From an uncultured delta proteobacterium (GTDB lineage: Bacteria > Myxococcota_A > Polyangia > Fen-1088): a DNA stretch of 64,000 nucleotides. A program made the translations under genes and the position numbers. The notes below the pieces were generated by a model. The model was not told the origin of the DNA. It worked only from the letters and a program-made list of their open reading frames with translations, and did not search any database. Shown here piece by piece: positions 9,679 to 19,858 of the stretch (positions within the stretch are counted from its first letter, which is position 1; the number at the start of each line of letters is the position of its first letter). The stretch is from contig CAVYGB010000008.1 in NCBI GenBank assembly GCA_963767925.1, forward strand, positions 1,568,001-1,632,000, written 5' to 3'.

Positions 9679-11928
9679 ATGACCTCTCTCGGCGCGTCCC
9701 TTCCTTCTGCCCTGGCCCTTGTCGTCCTCGCCGCAGCCGCGCCCGCGGCGGCCCAGGTGGTGACGACCTCACCCGACGAGGAGCCGCCGCCCGCCGAGGA
9801 AGCCAACGATTCCCGACAGGCCAGCGTGCCGGGCATGGCGCCGCTGTCGCTCGGAGAGCTGCTCGACCCCAGCATCACGACGGCCTCGCGGACCCTCGAG
9901 CGAGCCACCGAGGCCCCGGCGACGGTCTACGTCATCACCAGCGGAGACATCCGCGCCCGCGGTTACTCCAACCTGACCGACGTGCTCAAGGACCTGCCCG
10001 GCATGGAGACGGTCGAGCAGTACTACTCGGAGCAAGGGACCCTGGTCCCGGTCCGGGGCGTCGTCGGGAACAACAAGATCGTTCTCCTCGTCAACGGCAT
10101 GCGGGTCAACCCGCCCGGAGGAGAAGAGCTGGTCATCCGCAGCGACGTCAACGTGCGCTTCGCCGATCAGATCGAGGTCATCTACGGCCCCGGCTCGACC
10201 CTCTACGGGCAGGACGCCATCAGCGCCGTCATCAACATCAAGACCCGCCGCCCCGGCGACGCCACCGTCGAGGTGATGAGCGGTTACGGCCTCTACGACA
10301 CGAAGGAGGCCTACGCCTCGTTCGCCCACACCTTCTTCCGGCAGTCCGACCTGCCGGTCTCGGTGACGGCCTACGCCGCCGGCCGGGACTCCGACCTCAG
10401 CAACTTCCGCCAGGACTTCCCCGAGTGGTGGCAGAAGTACGACAACTACCTGGGCCCGATCAACCGCGCGGGACCACCCGTCCGGGGCGACTTCGGCCTC
10501 AACGCTTTCGCCCGGCTGGAGTCGCGCCATACCTCGTTGCAGGCCTGGTACCGGGAGAGCGACCGCAGCAGCTCCGAAGGCAGCGGCGAGGGGGGGCCCA
10601 GCCCGGTCCTCTTCTTCGTGCCCGAGGCGCGCTGGCGCGACCGCACCCTGGTGGTCGAGGGGCAGAACGCCCTCAGCTTCTCGGACTCGATCACCCTGCA
10701 CTCCATCCTCACCTACAACCGCTACGAGATGGCCCCCGAGTCGCGCTACGTGTTCCCCAACGGCATGGGGAACCTGTTCCTCAACGACTTCAAGTACGCC
10801 ATCGGCACGAGCGCCTCGGCCGAAGGGAAGCTCGACGTCCAGGTCACCCAGTCCTCCCGCTTGATGATCGGGGCCCTGGTCAGTAACTACGACATCGTCC
10901 CCAAGACCACCGTTCCCGGCGGCGCCAACCCGCGCGGCGACGTGGTCACCCAGGCCGGCACCCTGGTCTATTTCACCGAGCCCAACAACCCCGACTCGCG
11001 CGTCGCCCTCAACCGCACGGTCAACCTCCAGTACCAGCAGTTCGGGGCGTACATCGAGGGGGCCCACAACTTCAACCAGCACCTGCGCCTGATCGGCGGC
11101 GTCCGGCTCGACACGAACACCCGCTTCAGCGAGGTGCCCATCAGCCCGCGCGCCGCCCTCATCGTGAACGGCTTCGGCGGACGGCTCACCTTGAAGTACG
11201 TCTTCTCGATGGCCTACGTCGCCCCCGCGCCCTACTACTCGTACAACATCTTCGACAACGGGGTGCAGATCGGAACCGGCAACACCGACCTCAGCCCCGA
11301 GCGGGCCCGGTCGAACGAGGCCAACATCACCTGGCGGACCGAGTACCTGCTCCTGAGCGGCAGCGCCTACTACAACCAGCAGTCCGACCTCCTGATCACC
11401 AGCCAGTCGGAGGCGCCCGAGACGGTCATTGCCCCCCTCGTCTTCGTCAATCCCGACGGCACGGGCAACCGCCGGCTCGCCCACTCGGTCAACCTGGGGT
11501 CGAGCAACGGCATGGGCTTCGACCTCTTCTTCCGCTTCAGCACGGCCGTCCTCTCCGGCTGGGGCTCCTACTCCTACGTCGACTTCAAGCGCACCCTGGG
11601 CGCGGTGGTCTCGGGGCTGCCCCAGATCTCCCGGCACAACGTTCGCGCCGGAGCCACCCTGGTCCTCTTCGACAAGTTCTCGATCACCCCCAGCCTGGTG
11701 CTGCGCTCCACCCCCGAGAACCTGACCGACACCTACCGGAACACCGGGGTGAGCCTGCAACGCCCCTACGAGATCAACCTCAACGCGCTCTTCAGCCCGG
11801 TCGCTCCGCTCGACATCTTCGTGACCGTGCGGAACGCGACCTTCCAGCGCTACGCCTTGCGTGGGATCTCCGGTCCCGCCATCCAGGAGCCACGCTGGGT
11901 GCTGGGCGGCCTCCACTTTCGCTACTGA
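9679..11928 (+). CDS. TonB-dependent receptor
   Basis: Signal peptide; plug motifs APATVYVITSGDI and IEVIYGPGSTLYGQDAISAVINI; C-terminal aromatic beta-signal LGGLHFRY. Confidence 0.88.
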   Translation: MTSLGASLPSALALVVLAAAAPAAAQVVTTSPDEEPPPAEEANDSRQASVPGMAPLSLGELLDPSITTASRTLERATEAPATVYVITSGDIRARGYSNLTDVLKDLPGMETVEQYYSEQGTLVPVRGVVGNNKIVLLVNGMRVNPPGGEELVIRSDVNVRFADQIEVIYGPGSTLYGQDAISAVINIKTRRPGDATVEVMSGYGLYDTKEAYASFAHTFFRQSDLPVSVTAYAAGRDSDLSNFRQDFPEWWQKYDNYLGPINRAGPPVRGDFGLNAFARLESRHTSLQAWYRESDRSSSEGSGEGGPSPVLFFVPEARWRDRTLVVEGQNALSFSDSITLHSILTYNRYEMAPESRYVFPNGMGNLFLNDFKYAIGTSASAEGKLDVQVTQSSRLMIGALVSNYDIVPKTTVPGGANPRGDVVTQAGTLVYFTEPNNPDSRVALNRTVNLQYQQFGAYIEGAHNFNQHLRLIGGVRLDTNTRFSEVPISPRAALIVNGFGGRLTLKYVFSMAYVAPAPYYSYNIFDNGVQIGTGNTDLSPERARSNEANITWRTEYLLLSGSAYYNQQSDLLITSQSEAPETVIAPLVFVNPDGTGNRRLAHSVNLGSSNGMGFDLFFRFSTAVLSGWGSYSYVDFKRTLGAVVSGLPQISRHNVRAGATLVLFDKFSITPSLVLRSTPENLTDTYRNTGVSLQRPYEINLNALFSPVAPLDIFVTVRNATFQRYALRGISGPAIQEPRWVLGGLHFRY

Positions 11929-11930
11929 TT

Positions 11931-11969
11931 GGCGTTCATGTGGGTGTCGAGCCCACCCGCAGGAACGCC
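11931..11969 (+). terminator. hairpin directly after TonB receptor stop
   Basis: GGCGTTC...GAACGCC outer stem with GTGGG/CCCAC inner stem; no U-tract. Confidence 0.3.
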
Positions 11970-12186
11970 TCGAGCCGGCGCGATCGATGCGCGTGTGCGA
12001 AGGCCCTCTCGAAGGCCGCGAGCGAAGTCAAGGAGGGCGCGGGTCGATGAGCGCTGCGCTTCTCGGGCTGCGCGAGCACAGCGCGCAGGTGATGACGGGT
12101 AAGGTAAAGTAACTGATCTGACACCGGATCAGGTCTCCAACGATGACGCCGGTGTACGGCGTGAAGGTGATCGCTAGGGAGCAAGC

Positions 12187-12216
12187 TTGACCAGTGTGTG
12201 GCGCTGTACTTATTAT
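12187..12216 (+). promoter_or_regulatory. putative sigma70 promoter
   Basis: TTGACC-18 bp-TATTAT in an AT-enriched patch, upstream of GGAGG and ATG 12259. Confidence 0.45.
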
Positions 12217-12258
12217 GCGACCACTTTTTACCACCCCCCCAAGCGGAGGCTCTGCGGA

Positions 12259-12834
12259 ATGCTTAAGCACAGCCGGCAGGTTCAGCGTCTGATGTTTCTG
12301 TTCGCAATCGCGGGTCTGTTCGCCGTCACGGCGGACTTTGCGTGTCTCGAGGATGTGTGTGCCGATTCGCAAACAGGTGCCTATCGCACGATGGGCGATA
12401 TCGCCAAGGAGCGGATCCGGACGCTGGACGAAGCGCTGTCTGAAAACGGTGTGACCCTCACGCCGGATCAGCGCCAAGCCCTCGACCGGAACGGCCAGCT
12501 CCTCGGTCTCGTGAAGCTCGACCGGCCGGTCAAGCACCCCAACGGAAAGGTCGAGATGGCGGCGGACTGGCTGCCGGCCATCCCCGAGGGCCACCCCTGG
12601 CGCAAGACCCTCACCCCGTCCGACGACGCCTTCTACTCGTTCGTCGAGGAGCGGATCTTCCGGTCCAAGCTCTACGACCCGGCGAACCCCGAGCACCAGA
12701 AGGCGGCAGAGGCTTACCTCGCCAAGGTCGCCTCGAGCAACTCGGAGTTCATCGGCTGGACGGCCGAGTCGCGCACCGAGTGCGAGAAGATCAAAGCCGA
12801 CGCCGCCGGCTCCGGCCTCGTCGACGCCATGTAA
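12259..12834 (+). CDS. hypothetical exported protein
   Basis: SD-like GCGGAGG, N-terminal hydrophobic segment, GC3-biased codons; no family recognised. Confidence 0.6.
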   Translation: MLKHSRQVQRLMFLFAIAGLFAVTADFACLEDVCADSQTGAYRTMGDIAKERIRTLDEALSENGVTLTPDQRQALDRNGQLLGLVKLDRPVKHPNGKVEMAADWLPAIPEGHPWRKTLTPSDDAFYSFVEERIFRSKLYDPANPEHQKAAEAYLAKVASSNSEFIGWTAESRTECEKIKADAAGSGLVDAM

Positions 12835-12861
12835 CGGAAGCGGCCGGGGGCTCGCTCCCGG

Positions 12862-14670
12862 TCAGCGACCCAGGGAACGCGCGCGCTGCTGAGCAGCGCG
12901 CGCGTTCTCCAGTCTTCCGGCCCGCTCGTACAGGGCCCCGAGTTGTTTCCAGCCGTCGATGGACTCCGGGACCTGGTCCAGAAGCTCTTGCAGCAGATGG
13001 ATGGCCCGTTCCAGCTCCCCGCGAGTTGCCAGTGCCCGCGCGGCGTTGAGCCACGGCCAATCGAAGCGCGGGTCGAGCCTGCGCGACAGGGCGAAGCGCC
13101 CCAGCGCCTCGTCGGTCCGACCGAGCTCGAGCTCGACGAAGCCGAGGTTGTTGAGGATCTGCGCGCGGTGGTGAGGCGGAGGCCCGTCGGCCAGCGCGCG
13201 ACCGAGCTGGACGTGGGCGCCCGCAAGGTCCCCCTGACCCAGCAGCACCAGGCCGTAGGTCTGGCGGGCGTGGAAGTCGTCGCCGAGGGCGAGCGCGCGC
13301 TGGGACGCCAGCAGCGCCGGCAAGGTCTGGCCGGCCCGCAGGTTCGCGGTGGCCAGCCCGAGCCAGGCTCGCTGTGACCCGGGAGCGGCGGCCGTGGCGG
13401 CGGTGAAGAGCGCCAGATCGGTCCGCCAGATGCGTCCCTGGCGCAAGGTACGCAGACCCAGTCCGAGGATGCCCGCGGTGGCGACGAGGGCGAGCGCCGG
13501 GACCTCCAGGAGGGCGATCCGGCGGAGAGAGGGAAAGCGGGTGGTGACGGCCGCCAGCGCGCTGACCGCGGCGAGGGCGAGCCCCAGGGTCGGCAGGTAG
13601 AAGTACCGGTCGGCGCGCGGGTTGGTCAGCGGCACCAGGCCGAGGTTGGGCAGGTAAGCGACGACCGCCCAGAGCAGGCCCAGGGCGCACCAGGGGGCCC
13701 GGCGCCGCAAGAGCCAGCCCCCGGCCACCATCGACCCGATCGCGCCGCCACCAAGGAGCAGGGGAAGCCAGCCGGCGTGCTCCCCCGGGTCCGGATATTC
13801 GGGAGCCAGACGGGCTGGCCAGAGGAACTGCCCCACGCCCTGTAACAAGACGAGCGCCCCCTGCCCGATCCGGTCGACCCCCTCGGCGTGCTGGTGGCCG
13901 ACCTCGGCGGTGCGGCTCACCTCGCCCGGACCCCCGATCGCCCACCACCGCCAGGCAAAGACGACCAGGGCGGCCGCCACGAGGAGCAAGGGGTCGAGCC
14001 AGCGGCGCTTGCTGTCCGCCTGGGGAGGCCGGCAGAGGTCGACAACGACCAGCAGCACGCCGGCCAGGTAGGCGTTCTCCTTGGCCCAGCACCCGAGCAA
14101 CACCGCCAGGAAGGCGGCGGTCCGGAAGGCGGCCGCCCGCGGCCAGCGAGCCCCGGACGGCGGAGTCCGTGCGGCCTCGACCGCCGCCAGCGCGAGCAGC
14201 ACGAAGAAGGCGGCCAGCAGATCCTCGCGGTAGTTGACGGCCGACACCACCTCGACGTTGAGCGGATGCACCGCCACCAGGGCCGCCGCCGCCAGGGGAA
14301 CCGCCAGCGACCCTTGCAGCCGCACGAGCGCCAGGAAAAGCAGGATCACCACCGCCGCGTGCCAGGCGACGTTCTGCAGGTGGTAGCCGCGCGGATCGAG
14401 CCCCCACAGGGCGTGGTCGAGCATCTCGCTCGCCAGGATGGTGGGTCGCCCGGCGTCGGGTGCGCCGGCCGCCGCCAGCTCCGATCCGAGCAGCCGGCCC
14501 AGGTTCGCTGGATCCCGGATCACCGGGTTGCTCACCACCGTCCAGCTGTCGTCGTAGACGAAGCCGTTGGCCAGGCTGGGCCCGTGAAACAGCGCCACCC
14601 CCAGCAGGAGGGCCAGCCCGGCCCAGGCCAGCAGGCCCGCCCCGGGCGAACCGCTGGCCGGGGCGGTCAC
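12862..14670 (-). CDS. TMTC-like (DUF1736) GT-C glycosyltransferase with C-terminal TPRs
   Basis: GFVYDD, GYHLQNVAWH, VHPLNVEVV..VNYREDLL, KEN, ADRYFYLP, WRTDLALF, then TPR repeats; GTG start overlaps the upstream TGA. Confidence 0.75.
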   Translation of the reverse strand: MTAPASGSPGAGLLAWAGLALLLGVALFHGPSLANGFVYDDSWTVVSNPVIRDPANLGRLLGSELAAAGAPDAGRPTILASEMLDHALWGLDPRGYHLQNVAWHAAVVILLFLALVRLQGSLAVPLAAAALVAVHPLNVEVVSAVNYREDLLAAFFVLLALAAVEAARTPPSGARWPRAAAFRTAAFLAVLLGCWAKENAYLAGVLLVVVDLCRPPQADSKRRWLDPLLLVAAALVVFAWRWWAIGGPGEVSRTAEVGHQHAEGVDRIGQGALVLLQGVGQFLWPARLAPEYPDPGEHAGWLPLLLGGGAIGSMVAGGWLLRRRAPWCALGLLWAVVAYLPNLGLVPLTNPRADRYFYLPTLGLALAAVSALAAVTTRFPSLRRIALLEVPALALVATAGILGLGLRTLRQGRIWRTDLALFTAATAAAPGSQRAWLGLATANLRAGQTLPALLASQRALALGDDFHARQTYGLVLLGQGDLAGAHVQLGRALADGPPPHHRAQILNNLGFVELELGRTDEALGRFALSRRLDPRFDWPWLNAARALATRGELERAIHLLQELLDQVPESIDGWKQLGALYERAGRLENARAAQQRARSLGR

Positions 14671-16214
14671 GGCCTGGCTCCCGCTGGAAGGTCCTCGCCG
14701 GGCGTCGAGAAGGAGCGCAGGGCGCCCAGCCCGAGCAGCCACAGGAGCAGCAGCGGCAGCAAGCTCGTGGGCCCGCGCAAGCCGAGCAGCATCCCGCCGT
14801 TGAGCGATCCCGGCAGGATGGCCACCTTGCCCGCGAGCAGGTTCTCGTAGACGTGGTCGACGAGGACATCGTCTCCGAAGGGAACCAGGGGGGTCACCGC
14901 CACCGCCCCGATCTGGTTGATCACGGACACCGCCCCCAGGACGACGAGCAGCCCGCCCAGCGCCCCCCGAAGCCACGCCCGGTCGCCCGGCGACCCGACC
15001 CAGAGCAGGCCGAGGGCGAGAAACCCCAGCGCCGGCACCACGTGCCGGGGACCCAGCGCCGCCCCACCCCACCACATGTAATAGCCGGCCGACATCAGCA
15101 GGAAGCTGACCACCACCGCCACCGCCAGCGCCGCCTCGGCGCGTGTCTTCCGGGCGGCCAGCGCGCGCCCGAGCCCGACGAAGCCGAGCAGCAGCACCGG
15201 TGAAAGATAGAGCAAGCCCCGCGATCGCCCCAGCAACATGCCCACCAGCGCGCCGGGCCGCGGCCAGGAGACGCCCAGCACGCCCTGGCCCATCCCCTCG
15301 GCGAAGCGGGGGTTGCTCAGGTGGCCGTAGCCGGTTGACAGCGGACTCCCGAACGCCGCGAGCTGGTAACCGGCCAGCAGGATCAACGGAGGCGCCAGAC
15401 CGAGCGCGATCCACCCGACCCCCCGGACCCGCTGGCCCTGCGGCAGGCGTCCGATCGCGTAGACCCCGAGCGCCGCCAGGCCCAGTCCGGCCGGCAGCTC
15501 GCACAGGACCGCCAGGCCCAGCAGCGCGCCGGCGCCAGCCAGACGGCGCGCGCCCCAGGTCTCCTGGCCGGCCTCCTGGAACAAAGGACTCAGCAGCAGG
15601 AAGGCGCCGAACAGGGCGGTGCCCGCGAGGACATGGCCGAAGAACATGGTGCTGTAGGCGAAGACCGGCGTGCCCAGGGCCAGCGCGGCGGTCTGGACGA
15701 GGGCCCACCCGAGGGGGACGGCCGCGCGGGCCAGGGCCAGGAAAAACAGCACCCCCAGCGCGGTACCGGCGAGCACGTTCGTCGACAGGTTGCACAGGTA
15801 GACCGCCCGACGAAAGGTGGCGTTCAGGAACATCCGCTCGCCGGCCACCTCCGGGCGGCCGCCCGGCCTCCCCCGCAGCACCGATTCGGGGACCGCCTGC
15901 GGCAGCGGGGCCCCGGTCATCCGCAGCCAGCCGTAATAGGCGGCGTAGGCGGGGACCGCCAGCAGCGCCGCCCCCGGCGCCTTGTCGCTGTAGTAGTGGC
16001 CCAGCCGGAAGGCCTTGTCCTCGGTGTTGCGGTGGTAGGGGTCGATGTCCAGGCGCTGCCGTTCGACCAGCGACCGCACCAGGTCGAAGCGGGAGGATTC
16101 GTTCCAGGCCGGCGCGGGCAGAAAGTAGGCGTAGGTCGAGAACAGGAGCAACGCCAGCAGGGCCGCCTGGGACTTCAGGCCAGGGGGGCGCGCGGCGGGC
16201 TCGCGGTCAGCCAC
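14667..16214 (-). CDS. polytopic membrane protein, probable GT-C glycosyltransferase
   Basis: More than 10 TM segments; WNESSRFDL..SLVE and YYSDKAPG loop; WWGG..LGPRH motif; operon context. Confidence 0.6.
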   Translation of the reverse strand: MADREPAARPPGLKSQAALLALLLFSTYAYFLPAPAWNESSRFDLVRSLVERQRLDIDPYHRNTEDKAFRLGHYYSDKAPGAALLAVPAYAAYYGWLRMTGAPLPQAVPESVLRGRPGGRPEVAGERMFLNATFRRAVYLCNLSTNVLAGTALGVLFFLALARAAVPLGWALVQTAALALGTPVFAYSTMFFGHVLAGTALFGAFLLLSPLFQEAGQETWGARRLAGAGALLGLAVLCELPAGLGLAALGVYAIGRLPQGQRVRGVGWIALGLAPPLILLAGYQLAAFGSPLSTGYGHLSNPRFAEGMGQGVLGVSWPRPGALVGMLLGRSRGLLYLSPVLLLGFVGLGRALAARKTRAEAALAVAVVVSFLLMSAGYYMWWGGAALGPRHVVPALGFLALGLLWVGSPGDRAWLRGALGGLLVVLGAVSVINQIGAVAVTPLVPFGDDVLVDHVYENLLAGKVAILPGSLNGGMLLGLRGPTSLLPLLLLWLLGLGALRSFSTPGEDLPAGARP

Positions 16215-16941
16215 GTCCCTTGGGGATGGCGAGACGAAGTCGCCAGACGAGCGTGAGGGCCTCGAGGAAGATCGACCCCGTCATCTTGGACTGCCCGACC
16301 CGGCGATCGACGAACAGGATCGGCACCTCGACCGCCCGGAAGCCGTTGCGCAGGGTCCGGTAGGTCATCTCGATCTGGAACCCGTAGCCCTTGGCGCCGA
16401 CCGCGCCGAGGTCGATTCCCCGCAGGGTCCCGGCACGCCAGGCCTTGAAGCCGGCCGTCAGGTCCTGCACCCCGATCCCCAGCGCCAGCCGCGCGTAGAG
16501 GCCTCCGCCCCGGCTGACGATCTTGCGCCCCAGGCCCCAGTTCTGGGTGCCGCCACCGGCGGTGTAGCGCGAGCCGATGGCGAGGTCGGCGCCCGCGTCC
16601 AGCGCCGCAAGCAGCCGGGGGACGTCAGCGGGATCGTGGGAGAAGTCGGCGTCCATCTGGACGATGCGCTCCCAGCCTTCCTCCAGGCCCGCCCGGAAGG
16701 CGTGCAAGTAGGCCGCGCCCAAACCTTCCTTGCCATGGCGATGCAACACGCGCACCTGGGGATCTTGCCCCGCGAGCCCATCGGCGAGCTGGCCCGTTCC
16801 GTCGGGCGAGTTGTCATCGACGACGAGGATGGTGGCCGCCGGAACCGCGGCCCGGACCGCCTTGACGATGTCCGGGAGGATCTCCCGCTCGTTGTAGGTG
16901 GGGATCACGATCAGCGTGCGCGGCGTCGAGGGCGGCGTCAT
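16207..16941 (-). CDS. polyprenol monophosphomannose synthase-like GT2
   Basis: IPTYNE, VDDNSPDGTG, KEGLGAAY, QMDADFSHDP, GYGFQIEM, DRRVGQSKM. Confidence 0.88.
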   Translation of the reverse strand: MTPPSTPRTLIVIPTYNEREILPDIVKAVRAAVPAATILVVDDNSPDGTGQLADGLAGQDPQVRVLHRHGKEGLGAAYLHAFRAGLEEGWERIVQMDADFSHDPADVPRLLAALDAGADLAIGSRYTAGGGTQNWGLGRKIVSRGGGLYARLALGIGVQDLTAGFKAWRAGTLRGIDLGAVGAKGYGFQIEMTYRTLRNGFRAVEVPILFVDRRVGQSKMTGSIFLEALTLVWRLRLAIPKGRG

Positions 16942-17831
16942 GGCGTGCCGGTCGGGGCGGTGGTGACCGCTTCGCTAGCCAGGTAGGCCCGAGCCTGCTC
17001 TTGCCAGGGAAACGTCTCGAGCCCCAGGGCGCCCAGCCGGCCGCTGACCAGCACGGCCCGACGGGGACGGGCCGCCCGCAGCTTGAGGGCCGTGCCGGCG
17101 ACCGCCTCGACGGCCGCCCCCGGGATGCCGGCCGCGCCGGCCAGGAAACGGGCGAAGTCGGCCCAGGTCGTCTCGCCCCGGGCGGTGGCGTGGTAGAGGC
17201 CAAAGTCCTCGCGCACGGCCAGCCGCAAAGAGAGGTCGGCCACCGTGCCCACCCAGGTCGGCGAGACCCGCCGCTCGTTGTCGGCCCGGATGGCCTCGCC
17301 GGCGCGCAGGCGCCGCAGGAGGGTGGAGGGGAAGTTTCGCCCGCCCCGACCGTACAGGCAGCCGACCCGCACCACGAAGGCGCGCGGCAAGACGTCCAGC
17401 ACCCGCCTCTCCCCCTCGAGCTTGCTGCGGCCATAGGCCGACAGCGGCGAGGGGGGGACGCTCTCGTCGTAGGGGGTCTCGCGCTCGCCGTCGAACACGA
17501 AGTCGGTCGAATAGTGCACCAGCCGGGCCCCCACCCGGCCGGCGGCGCGGGCCAGCACCTCGGGCCCTTCGGCGTTGGCGGCGAACGCCGCGGCCTGGTT
17601 GTCCTCGGCGCCGTCGACGTCGGTGTAAGCGGCGGCGTTGAACACCAGATCGGGGCGCAGCCGATCGAGCATCTCGGTCACCAGCCCGGCGTTGGTGATG
17701 TCGCCTTCACCACGTCCCCGGGGCGCCGCCACCAGCTCGAGGCCGCCCGCCGGCAGGCGGGCCACCAGCGCCTGCCCCAGCAGGCCTCCGGCGCCGAAGA
17801 GGACGACCCTCGGGCTCCTGGCCGTGCTCAT
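16938..17831 (-). CDS. rfbD: dTDP-4-dehydrorhamnose reductase family
   Basis: [36 protein letters not shown]. Confidence 0.88.
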   Translation of the reverse strand: MSTARSPRVVLFGAGGLLGQALVARLPAGGLELVAAPRGRGEGDITNAGLVTEMLDRLRPDLVFNAAAYTDVDGAEDNQAAAFAANAEGPEVLARAAGRVGARLVHYSTDFVFDGERETPYDESVPPSPLSAYGRSKLEGERRVLDVLPRAFVVRVGCLYGRGGRNFPSTLLRRLRAGEAIRADNERRVSPTWVGTVADLSLRLAVREDFGLYHATARGETTWADFARFLAGAAGIPGAAVEAVAGTALKLRAARPRRAVLVSGRLGALGLETFPWQEQARAYLASEAVTTAPTGTP

Positions 17832-18832
17832 GTCCGCGGTGCCCTCCCCGCGAGCGAGCTGCGCACGTCCTCTTCGTCGGCGCGAACCATCATCGTGATG
17901 AGCTCCTGGAAGGTCACCCGGGGTTTCCAGCCCAGCTTGCGCTGCGCCTTGCTCGCGTCCCCGCGCAGGTGGTCGACCTCGGTCGGGCGGAAGTACCGGG
18001 GATCCACCTTCACGTAGTCCTTCCAGTCCAGATCGAGGGTGCCGAAGGCGAGGTCGAGGACGTCGCGGATGGAGTGCGACTCACCGGTGGCAATGACGTA
18101 GTCGTCGGGCTCGGGCTGCTGCAACATGAGCCACATCGCCTCCACGTAGTCGCCGGCGAACCCCCAGTCGCGGCGGGCGTCGAGGTTGCCCAGGAAGAGC
18201 GTGCTGTCGAGGCCGTGTTTGATGCGCGCCGCCGCCCGGGTGATCTTGCGGGTGACGAAGGGGATGCCCCGCCGGGGGGACTCGTGGTTAAAGAGGATCC
18301 CGCAGCAGATGTGGAGCTGGTAGGCCTCGCGGTAGTTCTGACAGAGCTGGTGGGCGAACAGCTTGGCGCAGGCGTAGGGGCTGCGCGGGCGCAGGGCGGT
18401 CTCCTCGTTCTGGGGCGGCGGGGAGGACCCGAACATCTCGCTCGAGGAGGCCTGGTAAAACCGGCAGCTCGCTCCCATCTCGCGGATGGCCTCCAGCAGC
18501 CGGAGGGTCCCCATGGCCACCGAGGAGACCGTGTATTCGGGCACGTCGAAGCTGACCCGCACATGGCTCTGGGCGCCGAGGTTGTAGATCTCGTCGGGCC
18601 GGATGCTCTTGACCAGGTTGGAGAGCGAGCTGCCGTCTTCCAGATCCCCGTAGACCAGGCGCAGCCGATAATCGGCGCTGTGGGGATCCTGGTAGACATG
18701 GTCGAGCCGCTCGGTGTTGAGCGAGCTGGACCGGCGGACCACGCCGTAGACCTCGTACCCCTTGGCCAGCAGCAGCTCGGCCAGGTAAGAGCCGTCCTGG
18801 CCCGTGATCCCGGTGATGAGCGCCTTCTTCAC
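17828..18832 (-). CDS. gmd: GDP-mannose 4,6-dehydratase
   Basis: [49 protein letters not shown] start. Confidence 0.95.
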   Translation of the reverse strand: MKKALITGITGQDGSYLAELLLAKGYEVYGVVRRSSSLNTERLDHVYQDPHSADYRLRLVYGDLEDGSSLSNLVKSIRPDEIYNLGAQSHVRVSFDVPEYTVSSVAMGTLRLLEAIREMGASCRFYQASSSEMFGSSPPPQNEETALRPRSPYACAKLFAHQLCQNYREAYQLHICCGILFNHESPRRGIPFVTRKITRAAARIKHGLDSTLFLGNLDARRDWGFAGDYVEAMWLMLQQPEPDDYVIATGESHSIRDVLDLAFGTLDLDWKDYVKVDPRYFRPTEVDHLRGDASKAQRKLGWKPRVTFQELITMMVRADEEDVRSSLAGRAPRT

Positions 18833-19791
18833 GCCCCCTCCGCGGTCTCGGGGAAGGTCTCCTCGAACCAGGCGACCGTGCGCCGCAGCCCCTCGGGAAA
18901 GGAGGTCTTCGCCTCGAAGCCGAGCGCCTGTCGGGCGCGGCTCACGTCGAGCCGCCGGCGAGGCTGGCCGTTCGGGAGGCTGCTGTCCCACACGAAGCGC
19001 CCCTGGTAGCCGGCGGCGGCGGCCACCTGGGTGGCCAGGTCGCGGATGGCGATCTCCTCACCGCTGCCGAGGTTGAGCGGCTCGCTCGAGTCGTAGCGTT
19101 CGGCGGCCAGGATCAGGGCGGTGGCGGCGTCCGCCACGTAGAGGAACTCCCGGGTCGGCGAGCCGTCGCCCCACAGGCTGACCTCTCCCTGGCCCCGCCG
19201 GCGGGCGCTCACGAACTTGCGGATCATGGCCGGGATGACGTGGGAGGTGCGCAGGTCGAAGTTGTCGCGCGGTCCATAGAGATTGACCGGGAAGAGGACC
19301 ACGCTGTTGAAGCCATATTGGGCACGGTAGGCCTGGGACTGCACGAGGAGCAACTTCTTGGCGATGCCGTAGGGAGCGTTGGTCTCCTCCGGGTAGCCGT
19401 TCCACAGGTCCTCTTCCTTGAAGGGCACCGGGGCGTGTTTCGGATAGGCGCAGATGGTGCCCGCGACGACGACCTTGGCCACGCCCTGCAGCCGGGACTC
19501 CTCGATGAGCTGCAGGCCCATCATGGCGTTGTCGTACAGGAAGCGCCCGGGTTGGTCCTGGTTGGCGCCGATCCCGCCCACCCGCGCCGCGAGGTGGAAG
19601 ATCAGATCGGGCCGGGTCTGCTCGAGCAGGCGGCGGCAAGCTTGCCGATCGACGAGGTCGTGATCGCGGCTGCGCGGCACCTCGATGTCCCGCACGCCGC
19701 GATCGCGCAGGCCGTCGACCACGAAGCTGCCCAGGAAACCGGCTCCACCGGTCACCAGGATGCGCTTGCCGACGAGGGGCGATTGGCTCAT
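18829..19791 (-). CDS. fcl: GDP-L-fucose synthase
   Basis: [50 protein letters not shown]. Confidence 0.93.
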   Translation of the reverse strand: MSQSPLVGKRILVTGGAGFLGSFVVDGLRDRGVRDIEVPRSRDHDLVDRQACRRLLEQTRPDLIFHLAARVGGIGANQDQPGRFLYDNAMMGLQLIEESRLQGVAKVVVAGTICAYPKHAPVPFKEEDLWNGYPEETNAPYGIAKKLLLVQSQAYRAQYGFNSVVLFPVNLYGPRDNFDLRTSHVIPAMIRKFVSARRRGQGEVSLWGDGSPTREFLYVADAATALILAAERYDSSEPLNLGSGEEIAIRDLATQVAAAAGYQGRFVWDSSLPNGQPRRRLDVSRARQALGFEAKTSFPEGLRRTVAWFEETFPETAEGA

Positions 19792-19858
19792 TGGGCGAGC
19801 TTTCCTACAACGGAGCGGGGCCGAGGCGCCAGCGTCTGATTGCCGGCGTCCCGCCCGG

